This document shows, in pieces, positions 24,976-35,501 of a stretch of DNA of 64,000 nt. Position 1 is the stretch's first letter, and the number at the start of each line of letters is the position of its first letter. The notes below the pieces were generated by a model. That model searched no databases. It was not told the origin of the DNA and saw only the letters and a list, made by a program, of their open reading frames with translations. Source of the DNA: Hyaloraphidium curvatum SAG 235-1 (taxonomy: Eukaryota; Fungi; Monoblepharomycota); the NCBI GenBank assembly GCA_025558095.1, contig JAIVFI010000001.1:1054001-1118000 (forward strand), written 5' to 3'. The position numbers and the translations under genes are program-made.

Positions 24976-25649
24976 GGGAGGACTTGTGGGGGGCCTGGCG
25001 CGAGATCTGCGCGGCCGGGCACGAGCAGGAGCCCGTCGGCGGACCTCCGCCGCGGGACGCAGATGTCTTCGGACTTCATGGGGATGCCGGGCCTCAAGGC
25101 ACGGCAACACGTCTTCAGCAGAAGCCCCGGCGCGGATCCGCGTCGCCGGGGCGGTCCCGCAAGGACCTGAAGGAAGGAGTCGCGAGGGTAGGCGAGGTTA
25201 TGCGTAGCCGGAAGCTCGGCCGCGGATCCGGGGACTGGCCACCCCCGGGTCTGCGATCGGGTGAATGGCAAAGCCTGCCGAGCAGATCCGAGCGAACGAG
25301 CATGAGCCACAGCATGACATTCGTGTAACATAAATCTGACACAAATCTGACAGTTGCTGACACCTCGCAATCTGCCGAAGCCCAAAGTCCGGTCCCCTTG
25401 CTGATCAAGAAACCGGTCGGTAAACTCAGGCACGGGAACTCGTCCAGAGAATCCGGGGGGGACTTGGGCCTTGCTCGGTGAAGACGCGGGCTGGATGAGG
25501 GGATGAGAAAGCACGGAGGGACAAGGGGCGGTTCGTGGCCGCACGGTAGCACACCCTGTACATTTTCAGATTACATTCCATTTGCTCAGAAAAGACGTCC
25601 GCACCGCCTGGTGCTCGGCATAGCTTAGTCGTTGTTGTCACCGAGCTTG

Positions 25650-26455
25650 CTATGCTCCGCCGTTGACCGCACCCTGCTTTCTCCGGGCGTTCTGCGCGTC
25701 GCAGAGCGCCTGGTGCTCCTCAATGTCCACGGCGTCTGCGAGAGAAGAGATGAGATCATGCGGGCGGTACAAAGGGCCAAGACCAACCCCAAGCATAGAC
25801 GATCCACTTGTCCTCGATGTCCTCGCCCGAAAAGTAGCTGTCGTCCATGATCTTGCTGGGCAGGGCCACCGCCTTCTTCTTCAGCTTGTTGTGGACCACT
25901 AGGAGGCGAGCGAACGCCGTCAGAAGCCGCCCCAAGCTGCCCGCATTGCCTGAACCGACCAAAAATGCCGATCACCGTCTCGGGCACCGGCTCCCCCTGG
26001 TGCTCCTTCTCGAACGCGACCCTCTGCGCCGCCACGTTTTTCTCCAGCTCCCCCACGGCGAACCCCAGCGTGGTCCGCGTGTCGTCGATCTCGTCCACGA
26101 TCATAACGCGCTTCCCCAGCAGGTTGACGCTGTCAGAGTCGCCACCCACGTCCTTGAACCACTGAGTCTTGACCACGTTCTGGCCGATGATCCCGAACTG
26201 GCCCCCGCCGATGTCTTCATATAGCGACAGCCCCACGCACTGGATAGGGAGAGTCGCGTTCTCCAGCTTCTTAGCAAAGGCGCGAACGATACGAGCCGGG
26301 AGGTATCCGCCAGTCCCGATGGCAATCAGGAGGTCCGGCTTCCACGGCTGGATTTTGTCGGTGTAGACCTTCTGGATGGCCGAATGGACGTCATTGTACG
26401 AAACGTAGATCTTTTCAACCACGGGGGCGGCGCCGTTGGTCGCTGCGGCGGCCAT
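25650..26455 (-). CDS. Xanthine/hypoxanthine-guanine phosphoribosyltransferase, fungal HPT1/XPT1 type
   Basis: KIYVSYNDVH, PDLLIAIGTGGYLPARIVR, KTQW, RVMIVDEIDDTRTTL, VVHNKLKKK, DKWIVYAW. Confidence 0.9.
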
Positions 26456-26749
26456 GGCGTCACGGGGAGGAGATGCGGTTCCCGGGGGCGGGGAAGAGCG
26501 GGAGGGCGTCTCGGAACGGAGTCGGGGTCCCCTAGCCGCGGGAAGAGCGCGAGCGCCGGATCCGGCCCGCAGATGGCGAGAATGCAAGTGCTGCGGAGAC
26601 GGGTCCGCGAGATTCGGGCAGCAGAGCTTCCCTCGAGCCGGGAAAACGGGGTTCAGAAAAACGGAGGTGGGCTTGGTATGGGACGTGGCGAAGCACCACC
26701 TCGGGGCGTGCAACTCATCGATGGCAAATCAGAACTGCGCCGATCAACC

Positions 26750-28311
26750 CTAGCAGCTACAGGTAGACGCCTTCTGCGCCCTCCTCCTCCCACCTCTTCC
26801 TTGCGTTCCCCTTCCCAGCGAGATTCTCTCGCCCCCCTCGTCGCCCACCTCGAATGCAAAAACGGGCAGCCTCACCGCCCTCGCGATGTATGCGAACGCG
26901 TCCTCCACGTGTGCGCCCGTCATCGCCGAGCTCTCAAAGTATGCAATGTCGGGCCTGAACCCCCGCTCGTCGTCCTGCTCCCCGGCAGGGAGCGAGGGGG
27001 ACGCGGGGCGAGCAGAGGCGCCGGGTGCAGCGTCCAGGAGTGCGTCCGAGGAACCGTCCTGCGCCGGTCCCGAGGCGGAGAGCACCGAGGCGCGCTTGGG
27101 GAACGGCGGGGAGGGCGGCGGCGCGCGTCCCGTGGAGTAGCCCGCGTCCCGCTCGGGCGCGGGCGCCGAGGCCGAGGCCACGTTGCGGGAGCGGAACTCG
27201 CCCTGCCGCGAGGACGAGCGGCCCGCGAAGGATTCCAAGAGGAGGGGATCCTCGTCCGCGGGGGAGTAGGCGCTGCCCGAGCCGGCGGTGCGGAAGGAGC
27301 CGGCGTCGCTGGCCTCGGAGCGCTCGCTGGGGGAGAGCCTGCCGCTGGCGGGGAAGGCGATGGGGCGGGAGGGGTTGCCGCCGGGGGAGGAGGTGGATCC
27401 CGTGCCGCGGAGCCAGGTGGAGACCGACATGACGGCGCTCTGCACCGATTCGGCGGCGGCACCGACGGCGGCCACCGCGGCGTCCGCGGCCGAGCGCTGC
27501 GACTCAAAGCTGTCCGATCCTCTGCTGCGCTTCCGTCCGTGGTACGAGCTGCTGGAATTGGAGCGGTGCCGCCCCGTCGCGGCGAGCGGCGGCCGGTCCG
27601 CCGGCCCGCCTGGATTGGGCGCTGCACCCTCGGGCGACCCGTTGGCCGGCGACGACCGGCCCTGGTCCCGGCCCGCAACAAAGGCCTTGCCTCGGTGCTC
27701 CCCGGCGCACATGTCCCTGAGCCAGGCCGCCATTTCCCGGCCCATCTGCTTGTTGACCACGCGCTCATCCGCCAGGTCCGTCTTGTTGCCCAGCAGGATA
27801 AACGGGTACCGCTTCGGGTCCTTTATGGCGCCCTTGTCGATAAAGTCCTCGAGCCAGGCCGGGATGTGCTCGAACGACGACAGGTTGGTGACGTCAAAGA
27901 CGAGCACGCAGGCGTCGGCGCCGCGGTAAAAGGCGGCGCCCAGCGCGCGGAAGCGCTCCTGGCCGGCCGTGTCCCATATCTGCATGGACACGTAGCGGTC
28001 CTCCTCGGCCACGTATATCTTTTTCGGGGCGGGAGCGGGTCAGGCCGGGGGCAGGGGGCCCTGAGCAGGGCCGACTCGCCTCCTTGGTGAAGAAATCCGC
28101 GCCAATCGTGGCCCTGTAGGCCGAGGTGAACCTGCCATGGATGACCTGGTTCCGTATCGATGTCTTGCCGGTGCCGCCGTCGCCAATCATGACGACTTGA
28201 GTGGGTTGCGGGGCGTCCCGGCGGTGTTTGGGGCGGATCGGGGCGGCGCTCCGGGGGTCAGCTGCGGCCCGGGCGGCGGGCGGAGGCGCCACCTTTGAGC
28301 ACGTCCTTCAT
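26750..28311 (-). CDS. Rab7/Ypt7-like small GTPase with a long low-complexity insertion
   Basis: MKDVLK|VVMIGDGGTGKTS, YRATIGADF, IWDTAGQERF, FYRGADAC, GNKTD, ~250-aa insert, FESSA, C-terminal CSC; intron 2 is GC-AG. Confidence 0.85.
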
Positions 28312-28433
28312 GGCGCCTGCAGCAGGCGGGCCTGAGCAGCCTTCCTAGCCGGCAGCGGTGTTTCTGGGCAGCGCCGGAAGTGGTGATTTGAGGCTGTGAT
28401 GCGTGCCCGCCCTGCACGCATCGTCAGTCAGCA

Positions 28434-31400
28434 ATGTCTTCTGAGGAGTCGCCGACGTCGCCATCGTCGCCGACGTCTCCGCCGCACGAGGCCGTTGCGC
28501 TCGACGCGGACCCGCTCGGCGCGGCGGCGGCGGAGGCGGCGGAGGGCGGCGGGGACGGCGACGCGCCGCCCGCGGAGGACGCGCCGCCCGTCCCGGCAAA
28601 GGGGGGCGCGGGCGACTCGGCGGCCGACGCGGCGACGGAGCCCGCGGCGGCGGGCGCGACCGATGACGCGGCAGCCGCGGGGGTGGGCGCGGGGGGCGCG
28701 CCCGGGGAGGCCGCCGACGCCGTCCTCGCCCAGCTGCTCGGCATGGGATTCGACATCGCCGACGCGTCGGTCGCGCTCGCGCAGTGCACGAAGCAGTTCG
28801 CCTCGCTCGACGGCGTGCCCACTGAGCTGCTGCTGGACCAGGCGCTGGCGTGGCTGGCTGGCACCGTCGACGCGTCGGACGCCCCGCCGCCACCGACCCG
28901 TGGGTCTTGCCGGGGCGATCCACACCGCATTGCTGACACCTGGTTGTCCAGCCGTGGCACCGCGCCCCGCCCCTGCGACGCCCGGGGCACCACGCGCCCC
29001 CCCGAAGCCCATCCTCAAGGCTACCATGACCCCCGATCACGAGCGCCCCACCTTCTTCGCCTCGGCGCGCAACTGGCTCACGTCGCACCTGCCGACATCG
29101 GTCTCGACCATCGGCAACACCTTCGCAAACACGCTCAAGAGCCCCTCCTTCGGCGGCGACGAGGCGAGGTCCGGCTTGGACTCGCCGCTGCCGGCCACTC
29201 CCTCGTCGAGCTCCAACCCGCCCCCCGTGCCGCCCAAGGCGGCCGCCGCCCGCGCCAACAAGCGCGTGCGCTTCTCCTTCCACGACATCTCCTTCCCGCC
29301 GCCGCCCGAGTTCGACGAGCACGAGCCCACGTTTGGCCTACAATCGTCGCGCGATGACGGCGAGCCCGGCCCGTCGGGCGCTTCCTCTTCGGCCGCGACA
29401 GGCTCGGCGGAGGAGAGCGAGCCGGCCGCCGCCGAGCCGGAGCCCCAGCAACCGCTGGTCCGCAAGCCCCCCGGCGAGATGCACACGGCGGCCGAGGTCT
29501 ACCAGCTCTACATGAGCGAATGCGATCGGCGGCGGGAGCAGGCCATCCCGCAGCTCATCGAGGACATGCAGGAGGCATTTGCCCGCGAGTCGGAGCTGCT
29601 CAAGCTGGACCTCACGGGCACGGTCATCGACAAGCGCAACGTGTACCCGCTCGCCGAAATCCTCTCGGTCAACTTTGGCCTCCGGCAGCTGTCGCTCGAG
29701 GCCTGCGGTCTGGACGACGACTGCCTCAAGATCATCCTCAACAACCTCCTCACCCTGGACCGCCTGCCCTGGCTCAACCTGAGCGGCAACCGCAAGCTCT
29801 CCAACAACGGCCTCAAGTTCGTCGCCATCTACGTCAAAAAATCGCGCACGCTGCGCTACCTCGACCTCTCCCGCACCGCCCTCGACAAGACCGCCTGCAC
29901 CTTCCTCACCCACGCCCTCTCCATGGGCCCCGTCCCTGCCGACTCCAAGCCCGAGGACGCGCTCGGCGCCTCGCTCGAGGTCCTCAAGCTCGAGGACTGC
30001 AAGCTCAAGGCGTCGCAGCTCGAAGTCCTCGCCACGGGCATCGCGTTTTCCAACCTGCACTACCTCTCGCTGCGGCACAACCAGCTCGACGCCAACGCCG
30101 CGTCCTGGGTCGCCGAGATGATCCGGCCGGACGACGAGCTGAGGAAGATCAAGTTCGAGAGGAACAGCAGGCTGCCGCCGGCGGAGAAGCGGCGCAAGGT
30201 CGGGCTAGGATGCTTGGACATGAGGGAGAACGACATCAAGGTCCGGCGACACCCGTCACCGGCGCGTTGAGTATCCGCTAACCCGCCTTCGGTTCCCAGA
30301 GCGGCGTCGCGGCCATCGCGCAGGCCCTCGCGCTCAACACGGCCCTCAAGCAGCTCGTCCTCCGCGAGAACAAGATCGACTCGCGCGGCCTCGAGGTGCT
30401 CGCCGAGATGCTCAAGGTCAACCATGGCCTGACCTCGCTGGACCTGAGCGTCAACCCCCTCGGCGGCTCGGCCGACTCGCGGGGGATCGAGAACCTCAAG
30501 GACGCCCTGGCGCTCAACAAAACGCTGGAGGAGCTCTCGCTTTCCTCGGTCGGCCTCACCTCCGAGGCAGCCGTCACCCTGGCCGAGGCGCTGCCGTTGA
30601 CTTCAACCCTGTCCCGCTTGGACCTGACCTTCAACCCCATCGACGTTGCGGGGCTGATGGGCATCGCGGCTTCGCTCAAGATGAACGGGAGCCTGACCAA
30701 CCTCGAGGTGGCGCCGGTGCTGAAGCAGCACAAGGACTCGGGCGGTGCGCTGGTCGAGGTGAGCCTACTGGTGGGGGAAGGAGAAGGGAAGGGCTGACGA
30801 GGACGTCGCGCGCTTCAGGAGGACCCGGAGTTCACCCGCTTGCTCGGGGACATTGGCGCACAGTGCGAGAAGAACGCCGTTCGGGCCAAGGAAGCCGAGG
30901 ACGCGCGACTGGCCGAGATGGAGCGCGAAGGGCGGCGCGTGGAGGACGCGGAGCGCGAGGAGGAGGAGGAGGAGGAGCGGCAGATGATCCTGGACGCCCA
31001 GCGGGCGGAGAAGGAGCGGCTGCGGAAGTTGGAGGAGCAGCGCGAACGCGCCGAGGCCGAGAAGGCGGCGGGGATCCGGGACGAGCCGCCGATCGCCCCG
31101 CGCAAGTTCGACGCGGACACGATACTGCAGGACTTCGGGACGGCCAGGGAGTCGTTCCAGGTGTTGCAGGAGATGATGGACGCGGGCGGGGACGCCGAGG
31201 TGCTCGAGCAGCTGTACCTGCAGTGCACGGAGCTCGAGGCGAGGCTGCTGGCAGCCGTCAACAACAACTTCGTCTCTTCCGAGAAGCTTCTCGGTGGGTT
31301 TCGATGCTGGTCGGAGGCGCAAAACGGGCGATGACGGCTGTCTTCACTCCACAGGGGAGATCCTGGCGCTCAACGACCGGATGCGGCCTGTCATGCAGGC

Positions 31401-31815
31401 CTGCGAGGCCATTTTTGTGCGCGGCGGCGCATCCCCGCCCCCCGTGGACCGCAAGGGGAAATCCCCCGCGCTCCCGCGGCCCCCGCTGCCCCCGAAGGAC
31501 GTTCCGGCCGGCTCTTCGGCCGACGCCGCAATGCTGGAGGAGACGCCGCTGATCCGGCGGCGTCCAGAATCCTCCGGGGGCGCCAAGCCCGCCGCGGACC
31601 GCGTCCAGTCGGACGAATTGTCGTCGTTCTTGAAGGAGCTCGACGACGAGGTCGGGGCGGCCCGGGACGAGGACGGCACGGGGAAAGAGCTGCGCTCTTC
31701 GTCTTCTGATCACGTGGGTTGCATCTTCGCCGGTCTTTGGACAGCGGTCACTCATCCGGCCCCTCACCAGCTGGTCGAGGACATTGATTCGCTTCTCAAG
31801 GAGGAAGAGAAGTAG
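28434..31815 (+). CDS. RNI-type LRR protein, MHP1/GIP3/PPP1R37-like PP1 regulator, with UBA-like N-terminus
   Basis: QLLGMGFD...ALAWL (UBA-like), PKPILK and KRVRF (RVxF), RNI LRRs (LRQLSLEACGL, LNLSGN, LDLSVNPL), coiled coil. Confidence 0.7.
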
Positions 31816-31871
31816 ACGAACTAGCCAGAGTCTTGGCCAAGGGCATGAGAATGAGTGAATTCAAGACCAAC

Positions 31872-32972
31872 TCAGACAATCACATCGCAGTCGGGGTATC
31901 TCGATTGCACAATCGCCCGCAGTTTCGGCACGTCCGGGAAGTCGCAAAGAATGGCCACAAACGTCTCGAGCCGCCGCGTTGTCAATGCGAACGCGGCCTC
32001 CTCGGCGACGCTCTGCTTCAGCCATGCCGACGAAGCGCTCACGTCCAGGTGCCGCAGCGATATGAGCGCCTTGCACAGTGCCAGCAGCGCGGCCGCCGAG
32101 AACTCGCCACGGAACGTGCCGGCGATGCACAGGGACGTCAACAGCGGGGCGCTCCTCATGACCGTCCAGGCAAGCAGCATTGGGTCCATGTGCGAGCAAA
32201 AGGAAACGTTCAGCACCAAGGGCGGCTCCGCCAAGCGATCGGGGAGAGTTGTTTCCTCGTTGGACCAAGCGTCGTCCGAGGAGGACGAAAGAGTGTCCTC
32301 CCACGTTTCCGGCTCGTCCAGAGCGACTGTACCGTCATGTTCGTCCTCGTCGGGCCCGAATGACTTCCTCTTGCCGATGCCAACAGGCAGGATCCGCCTC
32401 AGGGCAGGCAGCGAGACACGGCTGCCGGATATGTCCAAGATCCGGGACGGAATGTCCCCCACAAAGAGAGTCTTTAGCACGCGATCCGTTATCACGATCC
32501 GTGAAGACGCCAACTGGAGGATCTCGTCGCGCAGGTGGACCGGCAAAATCAAAAACAGTCGAACCGCGTCCTCCTCGGCCGCAAAATCCTTCAGCCTGGA
32601 CGCCAGCTCTGCACAGCACAAGCGGCGTAAGGAGGGAATCGTCCCGGAATCCTCCAGGGCGGCCCGCGAAGTCCGTCGCGCGATCTCTCGGCGGATACTC
32701 TGGAGCTCCTTTTGGGCGACGGCACGAACAGTCTGGTCCTTCCAAGTCTTTGGCGTCGGTCCCGCAGCAACCCTCTTGCCCGTCAGAACGACGTCCACTC
32801 CGCTGTCGTCCGCCAGAGGTCCCCCGGAAGGAGGAGGATTGCGGTTGAACTTCCGCATCAGCGACAGGAGTTCATTCACGGATCGGGTGGCCTTCGGGGC
32901 TTCATCACGTGCCCGAGGCGGGGTTGGCGGTGGCCTCACAACGCTCAGTAGGCGCTGATTCTTCCTTCCCAT
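31872..32972 (-). CDS. Hypothetical LRR (RNI/AMN1-like) protein with BC-box-like motif
   Basis: ATG 32972; IPSLRRLCCAEL motif; LRR-like LDISGS, LNVSFC, LRHLDVS. Confidence 0.5.
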   Translation of the reverse strand: MGRKNQRLLSVVRPPPTPPRARDEAPKATRSVNELLSLMRKFNRNPPPSGGPLADDSGVDVVLTGKRVAAGPTPKTWKDQTVRAVAQKELQSIRREIARRTSRAALEDSGTIPSLRRLCCAELASRLKDFAAEEDAVRLFLILPVHLRDEILQLASSRIVITDRVLKTLFVGDIPSRILDISGSRVSLPALRRILPVGIGKRKSFGPDEDEHDGTVALDEPETWEDTLSSSSDDAWSNEETTLPDRLAEPPLVLNVSFCSHMDPMLLAWTVMRSAPLLTSLCIAGTFRGEFSAAALLALCKALISLRHLDVSASSAWLKQSVAEEAAFALTTRRLETFVAILCDFPDVPKLRAIVQSRYPDCDVIV

Positions 32973-33097
32973 GGGAAGCGCGAGCTCTTGTCTCCGGCCG
33001 AAGTGCCCTGGAGTCCGAGATATATGCGTGATCGACGCCGCCAAACAGAAGCGACCCTTCCGCTCGCTTCTGCCGCGTGTCCGGGGGCGCAGAGACC

Positions 33098-34988
33098 ATG
33101 AAACTCACTCCGGCAACGCTCTCTGCGCTCCAGGATACGCCACAGGCGCTTTCGGAGCTCACTTCGATCTGCCTGCCGGACAGGGGCATCACGTCAATCG
33201 AGGATATTTCCGCGGCAACGGACCTCCGGAAGGTGGACTTGCACGGCAATTCGCTGAAGAATGCCGACTCCCTGGCGGGCCTTCGGTATTGCACCGGGAT
33301 CACGTGGCTCCATTTGGCCGGGAACGACTATGGGAACGTCTGTCCCCCTGGAACGGTGCTGGAGAAGATGAGAGGGCTGAAAGGTGACTCTTCCGCCACG
33401 CAATGACGGCCTCTGCTCGGTCCTTATGCCGCTCGTGTCAGTCCTGAACATGTCCAACAATCGCATCGTTCGCTTTTCCGTCCCCGACCTCTCGCGGCTT
33501 TCCGCGCTCAACGCCCTCATCCTTTCCCACAACGAGATACCCGTGCTCGAAAAGGACACCTTCGCGGCGCTCCGGAACCTGAATACCCTGGTCCTATCTC
33601 ACAACAAGCTGGGAGTGTTGCCGGAGGGCATGTTTGCGACGATGGCCAACCTGAAGAAGCTGTCGCTGGCGCACAACCAGCTCAAGTTCTTCCCGATCGG
33701 GTTGCCGACGAACCTGCAGGAGCTCCGTCTAAACGACAACAAGATCCCTACACCCTCGATGAAGCCCCAGTTTCCGCCTTCGCTTCAGCTGCTGGACGTG
33801 GGCAACAACCTGCTGCAGTCACTCGAACCTAGCTTGGGGCTCGCCCTTTCAACCCTCCCCAACCTCGTGAACCTGAACATGAAAGGCAATCCGGTGTGCA
33901 AGCTTCCGGGCTACCGCGAATCGGTGCTGCTGGCCTGCTCCGAAAGCGGCAAAGGAACCGGGCTGCGGATCCTGGATGGGAACAGGTTCGACGAGAAGTT
34001 CCTTCAGCGGAAGAAGAAAATGGACGCGGCCAAGCGGAAGAAGGAGACTAAGGAAAAGAAGGAGCTGAATTTGAAGAAAGCATCTACGGCTGCGGACGAG
34101 ACGCCGGACAAAGGCAAAGGTTCCAACCGATCTGTGCCGCCAAAGGGAGTTAAGCGAAAAGCCCTTTCTGATGGAGTTTCCGGAGGGGAGCTCGCGAAAG
34201 CGAAGAAGCTGAGGCGCGAGTCGGAGCCGCCAGAGATTCCAGAACGTCTAGGCAGGCCTGCGAAAGTCGCAGGTGATGGCAGTCATTCAAAGAAGCTCGT
34301 GTCGGACATTGAGATCGTCGCCGGGGATGCGGACACTAATGAAGATGCGTCGTCGAAAGCGAAGAAGACGCGACGCGGGAAGCGAGGTGGTAAGGGTGCG
34401 GCCAACGTTGAGGTGGACAATCTTGAAGAGCTTGCGCGGCCAGCAAAGAATGGATCTTCACAGCGGACCAAAGGCCCCGTGAAGGAGCTGATTGATAATC
34501 CTTGGAGTACGCTAGCGGAGCTTGCCAAATCGTCTTCGAAGTCGTCGTCGGCGGGACTCAAGCGAAATACTGCGCCGAAACTAGACCGCGATCGCGACAG
34601 AGAGCCAAATCTCGTGCCCGAGGTGAAAGCTGCAAAGAAGGCGCACATCGACACAGCCAGCAAGAGCGGGCTTGGAGGCGGAAAGAACAAGCCGGAAGGC
34701 GGGCGCGCGGTGGAAAAGCCAGCTTCGAAGCCGACTGCGCCCCATCAGCCGGAGCAGGTCGGTAAATTCAACGTCGCCGTCCCAAGAAAGGACCGGCAGT
34801 CTTCGAAGCCTGTGCAAAAGCAGCCCGAGCAATCGGAAGAGGCTCTTCTTGCTGCTCGCAGTGGCGTCGTGGCCGTGATCGAGGCCGAGCCGGCTCGGAA
34901 GAAGAAGGCTGGAGCTGCTACCGCCTTCGACCCCTCTGTGCTCGAATCGTCGGACGGATTTGGAACGGCGATCGCGGGATGGGATTGA
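33098..34988 (+). CDS. SDS22-type LRR protein with Lys-rich C-terminal region
   Basis: Repeats LxxLxLSHNxI/L, LRRcap NPVCKLPGYRESVL...LRILDG, basic tail ending AGWD*; one intron. Confidence 0.75.
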
Positions 34989-35501
34989 AGCAGTGACTCG
35001 CTCATGTAGCTCACATTCTGCAACGCAACCTACGAGGACCCCGACACAAGATGCAGGCGGCCCACAGCATCTACCTCCAGCAATTCCGCAAGATGAAGGA
35101 CGAATACGATGAACGAGTGCGGTTTGAATGGGTCCGCCAGAACATGTCCCCGAGGCGATCAACGAATTCCTCAAAGTCCTTCCCGGTCTGTTGGGAATGA
35201 GCGATTGGAGTCCGTACGATTTCCGCATTTGCCCAAGACTGTCCTGATGCTCTTGAGCATATGCTATACCGGGCGCACCATGCACCAGCGACTTGCACGT
35301 CTCCCCGAGTCCGATTGTGCCGACATCACACAAGAACATGACCGTATCAACAGACTCCCCGACTCGCAGTCCCTCTTAGCTGCCACGAAGCAGCAATACG
35401 CATCGACGCTGCGTTGGATCCAGTTGGAGCTCGGCGTTGGAGATCCGCGCGATTTTAGATGGCCGCTGTCTGTCAAATGTCCTTGCAGTTGTGGAGCGCC
35501 T

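Larger units (their letters stand above)
21991..25333 (+). repeat. Left arm of ~3.34-kb inverted repeat
   Basis: Reverse complement of 38504-41849. Outer end ctcaagagcgagaacccggacaagg, inner end ...gagcatgagccacag...gtaacataa. Matching ORFs appear on opposite strands in the ORF track. Confidence 0.97.
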
